From assembly GCA_947478395.1 (NCBI GenBank), contig CANJVR010000002.1:192001-256000 (forward strand): a stretch of 64,000 bases of DNA, written 5' to 3'. This DNA is from Opitutia bacterium. Its GTDB lineage: Bacteria > Verrucomicrobiota > Verrucomicrobiia > Opitutales > Opitutaceae. Below are positions 9,267-18,269 of this stretch, one piece after another. The notes under the pieces were generated by a model. That model did no database searches, was not told the origin of the DNA, and worked only from the letters and a program-made list of their open reading frames with translations. The position numbers were made by a program, and so were the translations under genes. Position 1 is the stretch's first letter. Each line of letters starts with the position of its first letter.

Positions 9267-10967
9267 TTTTTCCAGATCGCGCAGCACGGTCTCTACGGCG
9301 CGCAGCTGAGGAGCCGGAAAGAAGGAATTAATCCGCGTCATCACTTGCTGGATGATGCCGTCGGGGCAGCTCGCACCGCCTGTAATAAGGACGCGTTTGG
9401 GCGACTGAACGTCCGGCCACAACGCGCGTGCCTCCGTCCGGCCCGCGCCGCCGCCCACATAAACGTAGTGCTCCACGGCATCGCGCGAAATGATATTGGC
9501 CTCGCTTTGAATGAAGAAAGCCTTCGCGCCGAGCTTCTGCTCGCAGAGTCGAAAAAGCTGGTAGGTATTCGACGAATTTTTCCCGCCGATCACAAAAGCG
9601 GCATCGAGGGGCTCCGCCAGCGCTCGGCTCAACGCGTCCTGATTCACCTGCGTTGCATAGCACAAGGTATCTCTCCGGCTGGTCCCGCCGACGCGGGTGT
9701 CATCGGAAAATTTCCCGCGGTAGACGTCGCGCAGGTGTTCGATTATTTCCAGCGTCTCGTTCATCAACAGCGTGGTTTGGTTGACGACCGCGACGCGGGC
9801 GAGATCACGGCTGGCGTCGAAACCGGGCGTGTGTTTGCCGGCAAAAATTTCGTAGAAGCGCGCGCGTATCGCGGGTTCGTCACTGGCGATGATTTCACCG
9901 AGGCGGCGGGTCTCCTCGAGATTGCGCACGATCACGGCCGGCGCGTAGCGCAGCGTGTTCGAGAACGTGGCTTTCGTTTCCTCGTGCTCGCTCTTGCCGT
10001 GAATGATCACCGTGAAACCGTCGCGGCCATAAGCCCGGGCGGCTTTCCAGACTTTTTCCACCAGCATGCAGGTGGCATCGTATTGGCTGACGGCAATGCC
10101 CTTGCGGACGAGACGGCGCTTGTCGTCGTCGGTCGCGCCGAAGGCGGGGATGATCACGATGTCGTCCGGCGTGAGCGTTTCCCAGAGTTCAGCCGAGTCG
10201 GGGGTGCCGCCGATGGTGTACGGCACGCCTTTGTCGGTTTGCAAATAACGCAGGCCGCGGCGGAGGAGGTCTTCGTTGACGAATGGATTGTGGATCAATT
10301 CGGAGAGCATGAACACGCGACGGCCGGGATTTTCGGCGAGTGTTTCGTAGGCGCGTTCGATGGCGTTGCGCACGCCGAGGCAGAAACCGAAATGGCTGGG
10401 AATGACGTAACGCACCGCCCCGAAGTCGAGCGTGACGGGAGCCGTCGCGGTGCGCTCGTGCTGCCGGGCCAAGGCCTTAATCGCGGCGCAAAGTTGCGAC
10501 TGATAGAGGGCGCTCGCCTCGGCGTCTTGCGCGTAGATCGAGGTGTTGCGCTCCTTTTCCGGACGGAATTTATAGATGAAATCGTTTTCCCCCAGGTGCA
10601 GATAGGGAATCTCGATCAGGTGCGGATCCAGTTCGGTCAGCAAACCCGCCAGGGCGGGGGCGAGCCCGGAGGGATGGCTCGTGAGCTGCTCGATCGAACT
10701 AAATTCGATTTCGGCGTCCGCTGTGATCCCGCTGACTTGGGCAAAATAAACGCGGTAGTTCCGCCCGCCCGCCACGGCCGAGAAATATTCAATGGGGGGG
10801 GTGTGCGCTCGGAACGCACCGGCGAGTCGCGCGGTGGCCATTGCGAGATCAGTGCCGGTGAAGGGAAGGCCGGCCTTGGAGCCCAGTCTGCGTACCGCGA
10901 GCTGGTTGCTCGGGTTGAACGCAAGGATTGCGATGAGCGGGACGGGAGCGGCGACGGCCGGGGACAT
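9258..10967 (-). CDS. ispH: 4-hydroxy-3-methylbut-2-enyl diphosphate reductase with long N-terminal extension
   Basis: GFCLGV, ELIHNP, IPAFG, DATC, HEET, NQTT, TLCYATQ, GGKNSSNT, GASCP. Confidence 0.95.
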   Translation of the reverse strand: MSPAVAAPVPLIAILAFNPSNQLAVRRLGSKAGLPFTGTDLAMATARLAGAFRAHTPPIEYFSAVAGGRNYRVYFAQVSGITADAEIEFSSIEQLTSHPSGLAPALAGLLTELDPHLIEIPYLHLGENDFIYKFRPEKERNTSIYAQDAEASALYQSQLCAAIKALARQHERTATAPVTLDFGAVRYVIPSHFGFCLGVRNAIERAYETLAENPGRRVFMLSELIHNPFVNEDLLRRGLRYLQTDKGVPYTIGGTPDSAELWETLTPDDIVIIPAFGATDDDKRRLVRKGIAVSQYDATCMLVEKVWKAARAYGRDGFTVIIHGKSEHEETKATFSNTLRYAPAVIVRNLEETRRLGEIIASDEPAIRARFYEIFAGKHTPGFDASRDLARVAVVNQTTLLMNETLEIIEHLRDVYRGKFSDDTRVGGTSRRDTLCYATQVNQDALSRALAEPLDAAFVIGGKNSSNTYQLFRLCEQKLGAKAFFIQSEANIISRDAVEHYVYVGGGAGRTEARALWPDVQSPKRVLITGGASCPDGIIQQVMTRINSFFPAPQLRAVETVLRDLEKSD

Positions 10968-11217
10968 CCGGCCAACATGGCCCGGCCCGTTGCCGTCGGC
11001 AAGGGCGGGATGAGGTGCGGTGCGACGCCGACTTTCTTCAGCGTTTGAAGCGCGATCGAGGTCGAATCTGTTCAGGCGCTCCGTCCATGGCGCGCGCAGT
11101 CCGGCCCCGAATTCTCATAAAGCGCGCGGAAGGTCGCCAACGTTGGCAGCCGTTCACCACGGAATACCGTGTTCGGTCGGGCCGATGACGATCCTCGACT
11201 TCGCGGGCACCCTGTTC

Positions 11218-11322
11218 TGTGCGCGTAAAATTCAGCCGCGTGCGGCCGATTTTGGTAGCGGCAGGCGTCTCGGCCCTGCCGGAAACGTCGGGAGCGGCTG
11301 CCTAGTTGGTTAAACTGGTCTA
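11218..11322 (+). mobile_element. MITE-like element, short form (degenerate copy 1)
   Basis: GTAGCGGCAGGCGTCTCGGCCCTGCCG core, ACGTCG..AGCGGCT and right end TTAAACTGGTCTA; left end degenerate. Confidence 0.6.
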
Positions 11323-11342
11323 GCGTGAGGCGTCCGAATGGC

Positions 11343-14054
11343 TTAACCCAGAACTTCTGCCAGCTTTGCGGTGTCTTTACCGCCGCCCATGGCGAAGTCG
11401 GGTTTGCCGCCGCCTTTGCCGCCGAGCTTCAGGCTGAGTTCCTGCACGAGCTTGCCGGCTTGATGGCCGGCTTTCACCGCGGCCGGGGAGCAGAATACGA
11501 CCACGCTGGCGCGGTCGCCGAAGGCGGCGCCAAGTTGAACCACCCCGTCGCCGAGCTTGGCCAGAATTTGCGAGCCGATGGAGCGCAGGGCTTCGGGGTC
11601 GGAGGCGGGGATGACCGCGGAAACAAATTTAAGTCCGTCGCGTACGGTGGCCTTGGCGGCGAGTTCTTCGGCGAGGCCGGCGCTGGCTTTTTGTTCGAAG
11701 GCTTTGAGCTTTTTTTCGAGCTCGGCTTTTTGCGCGAGCAGGGCCTCGAGTTTCTTATTCACGTCGAGTGGGCCGGCGGAAAGGTGCGCGCCGACGGCCG
11801 CTAGAGCGTCCTCGCGAATCTTCACGAAATCGTAGGCGGCCTGGCCGGCGACGGCTTCGATGCGACGCGTGCCGGCGGCGACGGCCATTTCGGCGACGAT
11901 CTTGATCAGACCGATTTCGGCGGTGGTGCTGACGTGCGTGCCGCCGCAGAGCTCGCGGCTGTAGCCGTTGATGTCTACGACGCGGACGAACTTGCCGTAT
12001 TTGTCGCCGAAGAAGGCGAGGGTGCCCTCGGGTTTTTTGTCGAACTCGGTCTCGTAAGTTTTCACGGGACCGTTTTCGAGCACGCGCTCGTTGACGAGGT
12101 GTTCGACCTCGCGGAGCTGGGCGTGGGTGACGGCTTCAAAATGGGAGAAATCAAAACGCATCCGCTCGGGCGTTTTCGAAGTGCCGGCCTGACGGACGTG
12201 GGTGCCGAGAATTTTCCGGAGCGCCCAGTGGATCAAATGCGCGGCGGTGTGATGGCGCGAGATCGCGCGGCGGCGGGTGGCGTCGACGGCAAGTTCGGCT
12301 TTGGCGCCGATGGTGAGAAGGGAAGACCCATCGGCGAGTTTGTGCAGATGGCGGCCGGATTTATCCTTCACCGTGTCGGTGATGTGGACGAGTTGGCCAC
12401 CGACGAGCGCGGTGCCGGTGTCGCCGGCCTGTCCGCCCATTTCAGCGTAGAAGGGCGTTTGGTCGAAAACGAGGAACGTGGCGGTTTCTGCTGCGACGAT
12501 GTCGACCAGTCGCGCGTGCGAAGTCGTTTCGGCGTAGCCGAGGAAAGTGGTCTGCGTCTGGTCGGTGGCGGCGGCGCCTTCGGTGGCGGCAACCAGGATT
12601 TCTTTTTTCTGAGCAGCGCGGCCGAGAGCGCGTTGAGCCTCCATGAGCCGGTCAAATTCGGTGGTATCGACGGTGAGGCCACGCTCGCTTGCAAGCAGCT
12701 GCGTCATGTCGAGAGGGAAGCCGTAGGTATCGTAGAGTTCGAAGGCGACCGTACCTGGAATTATGCGAGCGCTGGATTGGGAGGAATGGGTCTCGTGTGA
12801 ACGATGAAATACGGCAAGCCCCCGATCGAGCGTCCGCCCGAAGCTATCCTCCTCGCTGCGAATCACACGGCGGATGATGTCCTGGCGTTCTTTCAGTTCG
12901 GGGAAAACGTTGCCCAGCGATTCGACGACGGGGCCGACGAGTTGCTCGAAGAAGCCGGTCTGCAGTCCCAGTTTTTTGCCGTACAGAATTCCGCGGCGCA
13001 GAATGCGGCGGATGACGTAATTGCGGCCGTCGTTACCCGGCATGATGCCGTCGGCGATGGCGCAACTGATCGTGCGGGCGTGGTCGGCGAGGACGCGGAA
13101 GGCGATGTCGGTGTTTTCCTGTTCGCTCAGGCCCTCGCGTTTCGTGGGGACGGTGCGCGTGTAGGTCTTGCCGGAGAGTGCGGTGATCTTCGCGAAGAGC
13201 GGCGCAAAGACGTCGGCTTCGTAATTCGACGGCTCGGCGGTGAAATCCTTGAAACTTTTCGTCGTGGCGTGAATGCCGGCGACGCGCTCGAAGCCCATGC
13301 CGGTGTCGACGTGTTTGGCGGCGAGGGGGGAGAAGGTGCCGTCGGCGTTCGCGTTGAATTGAATGAAGACGTGATTCCAAATCTCGATGCAGCGCGGGCT
13401 GGACGAGTTCACCCCTTTGCGTCCCTCGGCTTCGTCGTCGCTGGGCAGAAGGTTGAAATGAATTTCCGAGCACGGGCCGCAGGGACCGGTGTCGCCCATC
13501 ATCCAGAAATTATCCTTCTTGTTGCCGTAGACGATGTGGATGGCGGGATCGAGGCCCTCCTTTTTGAAAATGCCGGCCCAGATGTCGTAGGCTTCCTGGT
13601 CGAATTCCGCGGGATCGCCTTTTTCTTTATTGGGCGAATAGACCGTCGCGTACAAACGCTTCGCCGGAATGCCCCAGACTTTGGTGAGCAACTCCCAGCC
13701 CCAGGTGAGCGACTCTTTTTTGAAGTAGTCGCCGAAGGACCAGTTGCCGAGCATCTCGAAGAGCGTGTGGTGGTAGGTGTCGTAGCCGACGTCCTCGAGG
13801 TCGTTGTGTTTGCCGCCGGCCCGGATGCATTTCTGGGTGTCGGCGGCGCGGGTGTCTTTGGCTGGTTTGACGCCGGCCCATTTCGAAACGTCGGGGGCGC
13901 GATCACCGAGGAAAATGGGAACGAACTGATTCATCCCTGCGTTGGTGAACAGCAAGCCAGGGGAATCGGGGAGGAGCGACGACGACGGGACGATCGTGTG
14001 GCCTTGGCGGGCAAAGAAATCGAGGAAGCTCTGGCGAATTTCGGCGGAGGTCAT
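11343..14054 (-). CDS. alaS: Alanine--tRNA ligase
   Basis: LLFTNAGMNQF, FEMLGNWSFGDYFK, GPCGPCSEI, DTGMGFER, HHTAAHL, ELCGGTH, GGKGGG. Confidence 0.99.
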   Translation of the reverse strand: MTSAEIRQSFLDFFARQGHTIVPSSSLLPDSPGLLFTNAGMNQFVPIFLGDRAPDVSKWAGVKPAKDTRAADTQKCIRAGGKHNDLEDVGYDTYHHTLFEMLGNWSFGDYFKKESLTWGWELLTKVWGIPAKRLYATVYSPNKEKGDPAEFDQEAYDIWAGIFKKEGLDPAIHIVYGNKKDNFWMMGDTGPCGPCSEIHFNLLPSDDEAEGRKGVNSSSPRCIEIWNHVFIQFNANADGTFSPLAAKHVDTGMGFERVAGIHATTKSFKDFTAEPSNYEADVFAPLFAKITALSGKTYTRTVPTKREGLSEQENTDIAFRVLADHARTISCAIADGIMPGNDGRNYVIRRILRRGILYGKKLGLQTGFFEQLVGPVVESLGNVFPELKERQDIIRRVIRSEEDSFGRTLDRGLAVFHRSHETHSSQSSARIIPGTVAFELYDTYGFPLDMTQLLASERGLTVDTTEFDRLMEAQRALGRAAQKKEILVAATEGAAATDQTQTTFLGYAETTSHARLVDIVAAETATFLVFDQTPFYAEMGGQAGDTGTALVGGQLVHITDTVKDKSGRHLHKLADGSSLLTIGAKAELAVDATRRRAISRHHTAAHLIHWALRKILGTHVRQAGTSKTPERMRFDFSHFEAVTHAQLREVEHLVNERVLENGPVKTYETEFDKKPEGTLAFFGDKYGKFVRVVDINGYSRELCGGTHVSTTAEIGLIKIVAEMAVAAGTRRIEAVAGQAAYDFVKIREDALAAVGAHLSAGPLDVNKKLEALLAQKAELEKKLKAFEQKASAGLAEELAAKATVRDGLKFVSAVIPASDPEALRSIGSQILAKLGDGVVQLGAAFGDRASVVVFCSPAAVKAGHQAGKLVQELSLKLGGKGGGKPDFAMGGGKDTAKLAEVLG

Positions 14055-14403
14055 GTCGGTGTCGTGGAGGCGAGAAGTCAGCCGTGGGCGTAGAGACTGG
14101 CAAGATGGGAATTGGGCTCCGATCGCAGGTGCTGCGCGACGCAGCGATTGGCCTTGGGGGTTGGGGTCGGGGGCGTCATTGGCGACGCGGTGCGCCAGGT
14201 TTTACGGACTAACGTCGCGAGCGCTTGAAGAAACCGAAACGTGGGCGTCGCGCTGGGAACGGGTGTTGCGTTCGAAATAAAAAGTCCGGCCGCGGTATTG
14301 GGATTCCTGCCGTATCGCGGCCGGACGAGCTTGGGTTTTTTTACCGATGGAGCCGGCGATTTTCTCGCTGACTCGGGCGGGCCGGGCGCCAGCGTGGGCG
14401 GTG

Positions 14404-17118
14404 ATGCCTGATTTGCTCACCCTGCACGCCATCGGTCGCCTTCCCGCACCGACCGACAATGTTGCGATCGCGATCCGCCAGCTCGAACCGGGCACGACCC
14501 TGTTGCTCGATGGCGCGCCTCGCGTGCTGAAGCACACCGTGCTCGAGGGGCATCGCTTTGCTGTGCGGCCGATCGCGCCCGGTGAACCTTTGCTATCGTG
14601 GGGTCTGCTTTTCGGGCACGCGCTCACCGCAATCGGGCCGGGTGATTATGTGTGCAACCGCTCCATGCTCGAGGCGCTGGCCGTGCGGCGGCTCGGCATC
14701 ACGCTGCCTACGGAGCCGAATTTTTCTGACCATCTTGTTCCGTTCGACTTGGACGAAAAAGCGTTCAAGCCCGGCCTGCCCGTTGAAAGGTCGACGCAGT
14801 TACGCACGTTTGCGGGATATCGGCGGCCGGGGAAACGCGGCGTCGGTACGCGCAATACGATCGTGATTCTTGGTACGACGTCGCGCACCGCGAGTTTTGC
14901 CCGTCAGCTGGCGGCGCGGCTGCAGGCGCTCGCACGCATTTATCCGTCGCTCGATGGGATCGTTGCCGTTGCGCACACCGAGGGCGGCGGGACGGAGGAG
15001 CCGAATAATGCGAGGGAAGTGCTGCGCGCGCTCGCTGGCTTCATGGTGCATCCGAACGTCGGCGCGGTGCTCGCCGTCGACTACGGGGTCGAGCCAATTA
15101 CCAACGCGCGTTTGCGCGAATTCATGGTGGCGGGCGGCTATCCGCTCGCCGATCTGCCGCATGCGTTTCTCAGCATTCGTGCCGGGTTGGCGGCCGCGCT
15201 CGCGGAGGGAGAAGCGCAGGTGCGGCGCTGGCTGCCGGTGATCGCGGCCCAGACGCGCACGCCAGAGCCGTTGCGGGAGCTGCGCGTGGCTTTGCAATGC
15301 GGCGGGTCCGACGCGTTTTCCGGCGTCTCGGGCAATCCGCTCGCAGGCGCGATGGTGCACGAAGTCGTGCGGCATGGCGGCATCGGCGTGTTGTGCGAGA
15401 CCGACGAAATCGCCGGCGCGGAGGCCTACATCATGAAGAACGTGCGTGATCTCCCGACCGCGCGCGCCTTGCTTGGGAAAATCGATGCCTTTCGCACCCG
15501 GCTGTCGTGGCACGGCGTGACACCCGAGAGCAATCCCTCGGCCGGTAACAAGCTCCGCGGCCTCTACAACATCGCGCTCAAATCTCTCGGCGCGGTGCAC
15601 AAAAAAGATCCGCGCACGCCCGTGGAACACGTGATCGATTACGCGGAGCCGCTGGATGCGCCGGGCTTTTATTTCATGAACAGCCCCGGCAACGATCTGG
15701 AAGGCATCGCCGGCCAGGTGGGCTCGGGGTGCAACCTGTTTCTTTTCGTCACCGGCAACGGATCGATCACGAATTTCCCGTTTGTCCCGACGCTCAAAAT
15801 CACCACGACAACCCGCCGGCACCAGCTCCTGATTCATGAGATGGACATCAATGCCGGGCGTTATCTTGACGGCGAACCGATGGAGGCGCTCACCGCGGAA
15901 GCCGTGGATCTTTTGATTGCCACGGCGTCCGGTCAGAAAACGCGGGGCGAACATGCAGGGCATTCGCAGGCTTCGCTTTGGCGCAACTGGCAGCAGACTG
16001 ACACGTCGCGCCTCGCCGAAATTCGTGCGCGGGTCGCGCCGGATGGCCGTCCGCTTGAGATTCCCGGCGAAACGCCGGGGCTGGATCCGGTTGAGGTTAA
16101 CGCCCTCCAGCTGTTACAGGCATCAGACCGCTGGGCCACCGAGCGGGTGGGTTTGGTGCTGCCGACCAGCATGTGCTCGGCGCAGATTGCGCGGCTCGCG
16201 GCCGAGCGCATGAACGCAAAAGGCCTGGCCCGCGCTCTTGGTTTCGATCGTTTTGTCACGCTCACGCACACGGAAGGCTGCGGCTTTGGCGGGGAGACAA
16301 TGTATCATTTGCTGCATCGCACGTATCGCGGTTACGCCACCCATCCGAATGTCGCGGCCGCTTTGCTGCTGGAGCATGGCTGTGAAAAAATTCCGAACGA
16401 CGCGATGCGCCGGCAATTCGAGGCGGCGGGTTTGCCGCTCGACCGTTTTGGCTGGGCCAGTGTGCAGCTCGATGGCGGCATCGACAACGCCCTCGGCAAA
16501 ATCGAGACGTGGTTCGGACGGGCGGGGGCCGCCTTGCCGCCGGCCCCGAGGTTGCCGGCCGATCTGGGCGCGCTCACGCTTGGCTTGCTCAGCGTTGCGC
16601 CGGTCGGAAAGAGCGGCGCGCGGGTGATGGCGCGGGTAGCGCGAGCGATGCTGCACGCCGGCGGTTCGGTGCTGTTGCCCGAGAGCGATCCGTTGCTGGC
16701 TGACGTGGATTTTCGCGCCGCGGTGTTGGGCAAGATCGCGCCGCGCGCAACCCTCGCGTACGGCCAGCCGTTCACCGCGCCGGGTTTGCACGTCGTTGCA
16801 ACCGACTCCGATCACTGGGTGGAAAACCTGGCCGGCCTTGGTGGTTGCGGGGCGCACGCTTTTCTCGGGCTGGTCGCTGACACACCGCAGCAAGGTCATC
16901 CGATGCTGCCGGTGTTACAGGTGGCCGACAGCGGCGTGTTGCCGGCTTCGGCCGCGCAGGACGTCGACGCGCTCCTGACCGGCGATGTGGCGGCCGACGC
17001 GGCAAAATTGCTGGGCTTGCTCGGTGCGACCGTGCAGGGAGAAAAAATACCGGCGGCCAACGCCGGTGGCTTCGTCGATTTCCAACTCGCCCGCGGCTTG
17101 CTCGGGGTTTCGACCTGA
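14404..17118 (+). CDS. UxaA/GarD-family sugar-acid dehydratase: SAF domain plus two tandem UxaA-like modules
   Basis: DNVAIA and GHRFAVRPIAPGE (SAF); VGTRN, HPNVGAVL, QCGGSDAFSG, NPSAGN, KSLGA; second module PTSMCS, HTEGCG, HPNVAA, HGCE. Confidence 0.88.
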   Translation: MPDLLTLHAIGRLPAPTDNVAIAIRQLEPGTTLLLDGAPRVLKHTVLEGHRFAVRPIAPGEPLLSWGLLFGHALTAIGPGDYVCNRSMLEALAVRRLGITLPTEPNFSDHLVPFDLDEKAFKPGLPVERSTQLRTFAGYRRPGKRGVGTRNTIVILGTTSRTASFARQLAARLQALARIYPSLDGIVAVAHTEGGGTEEPNNAREVLRALAGFMVHPNVGAVLAVDYGVEPITNARLREFMVAGGYPLADLPHAFLSIRAGLAAALAEGEAQVRRWLPVIAAQTRTPEPLRELRVALQCGGSDAFSGVSGNPLAGAMVHEVVRHGGIGVLCETDEIAGAEAYIMKNVRDLPTARALLGKIDAFRTRLSWHGVTPESNPSAGNKLRGLYNIALKSLGAVHKKDPRTPVEHVIDYAEPLDAPGFYFMNSPGNDLEGIAGQVGSGCNLFLFVTGNGSITNFPFVPTLKITTTTRRHQLLIHEMDINAGRYLDGEPMEALTAEAVDLLIATASGQKTRGEHAGHSQASLWRNWQQTDTSRLAEIRARVAPDGRPLEIPGETPGLDPVEVNALQLLQASDRWATERVGLVLPTSMCSAQIARLAAERMNAKGLARALGFDRFVTLTHTEGCGFGGETMYHLLHRTYRGYATHPNVAAALLLEHGCEKIPNDAMRRQFEAAGLPLDRFGWASVQLDGGIDNALGKIETWFGRAGAALPPAPRLPADLGALTLGLLSVAPVGKSGARVMARVARAMLHAGGSVLLPESDPLLADVDFRAAVLGKIAPRATLAYGQPFTAPGLHVVATDSDHWVENLAGLGGCGAHAFLGLVADTPQQGHPMLPVLQVADSGVLPASAAQDVDALLTGDVAADAAKLLGLLGATVQGEKIPAANAGGFVDFQLARGLLGVST

Positions 17119-17155
17119 CCGGAGCGGTTTTCTGAAGGGTAGGGCGCGTTATTCT

Positions 17156-17254
17156 TCGAGCGGTTTAATTTTTTCGGTGGCCGTTTTTTGTCGCGGCAGG
17201 CGTCGCTGCCTGACGCGACGTCGATAGCCACTACGCTTTTTTTTAACCACTCGA
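17156..17254 (+). mobile_element. MITE-like element, short form (copy 2)
   Basis: Ends TCGAGCGGTTTAA ... TTTAACCACTCGA; internal GTGGCCGTTTT and GTCGCGGCAGGCGTCGCTGCCTGACG. Confidence 0.75.
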
Positions 17255-17275
17255 GCGCGCGGGTTCGGCACCGCG

Positions 17276-17327
17276 GAAGAACCGACTGTCGGTCGGCTTT
17301 CGGGACCCGACCAACGGTCGGGTCCAC
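17276..17327. repeat. REP-like inverted doublet of a different family
   Basis: GGACCCGACC-AAC-GGTCGGGTCC perfect hairpin followed by AC, preceded by the degenerate partner AACCGACTGTCGGTCGGCTT. Confidence 0.55.
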
Positions 17328-17426
17328 AGCTTAATTGTGAGTCGCGGCGACAGGGCTGGCCCGCCTCGGTTTCGCCCTTACGCAAACGGGCTGGCGCGCG
17401 GCGAATTCGCCGCTACTTCAAGGATC

Positions 17427-18269
17427 ATGCTGATCAGCACCGCCGAACTCGCCACGCACCGGGAGGATGCCACTTGGGTGATTTTCGATTGTCGCCACGA
17501 TCTGGTGGACCACGGCAAAGGCGAAAAGCTCTACCGCGAAAATCACATCCCCGGCGCGTTATTCGCTCCGGTTGAGACCGCGCTCGCGGGCGTAAAGTCG
17601 GGTGCCAACGGCCGGCATCCGTTACCTTCACCGGCGGCGTTCGCCGAATTTCTCGCGCGGCACGGCGTTTCGCCGACGTCGACCGTCGTGGCCTACGACG
17701 ACGCGGGTGGCCTTTATGCCGCGCGACTGTGGTGGCTGGCGCGCTGGATCGGTTTGCCGAACGTCGCGCTGCTCGACGGCGGGTGGTCGAAGTGGCTCGC
17801 GGAAAGTCGCCCCGTGACGCCCATCGTGCCCCAGCCGAAGCCCGTGGCGGGGTGGCGCGCCGACGTAAAACCGGGCCAAGTGTGGAGCGCAGACGACGTG
17901 TTGGGCCATCTCGGTGATCCGGCGTACGCGTTGATCGATGCGCGAGCCGGTGAGCGGTACCGCGGTGAAGTCGAACCGATGGACCCCGTCGCGGGCCACA
18001 TTCCGGGCGCGGTGAACCGTTTCTATAAAGCGAATCTGAAGGGGGATCTCACGTTTCGTCCCGCAGGGGAATTGAAGGAAGAGTTTCGCGCGCTGCTCGG
18101 ACCTCGTTCGACGGCCGCGATCGGTCATCAATGCGGATCCGGGATTACGGCGTGCGCGAATATTTTCGCGATGGAATACGCGGGATTGCCGGGCTCGAAA
18201 CTTTACGCCGGCTCGTGGAGCGAGTGGGTGGCCGATCCTTCCCGGCCCGTGGTGACCACGGCGCGATGA
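17427..18269 (+). CDS. Rhodanese-type sulfurtransferase (SseA-like)
   Basis: HIPGA twice, GRHPLP, LDGG, active-site CGSGITAC, LYAGSWSEW. Confidence 0.95.
   Translation: MLISTAELATHREDATWVIFDCRHDLVDHGKGEKLYRENHIPGALFAPVETALAGVKSGANGRHPLPSPAAFAEFLARHGVSPTSTVVAYDDAGGLYAARLWWLARWIGLPNVALLDGGWSKWLAESRPVTPIVPQPKPVAGWRADVKPGQVWSADDVLGHLGDPAYALIDARAGERYRGEVEPMDPVAGHIPGAVNRFYKANLKGDLTFRPAGELKEEFRALLGPRSTAAIGHQCGSGITACANIFAMEYAGLPGSKLYAGSWSEWVADPSRPVVTTAR

Noticed and set aside
9345..11048. 567-aa plus-strand ORF
   Set aside because: Antisense shadow of ispH, expected with high-GC codon bias.
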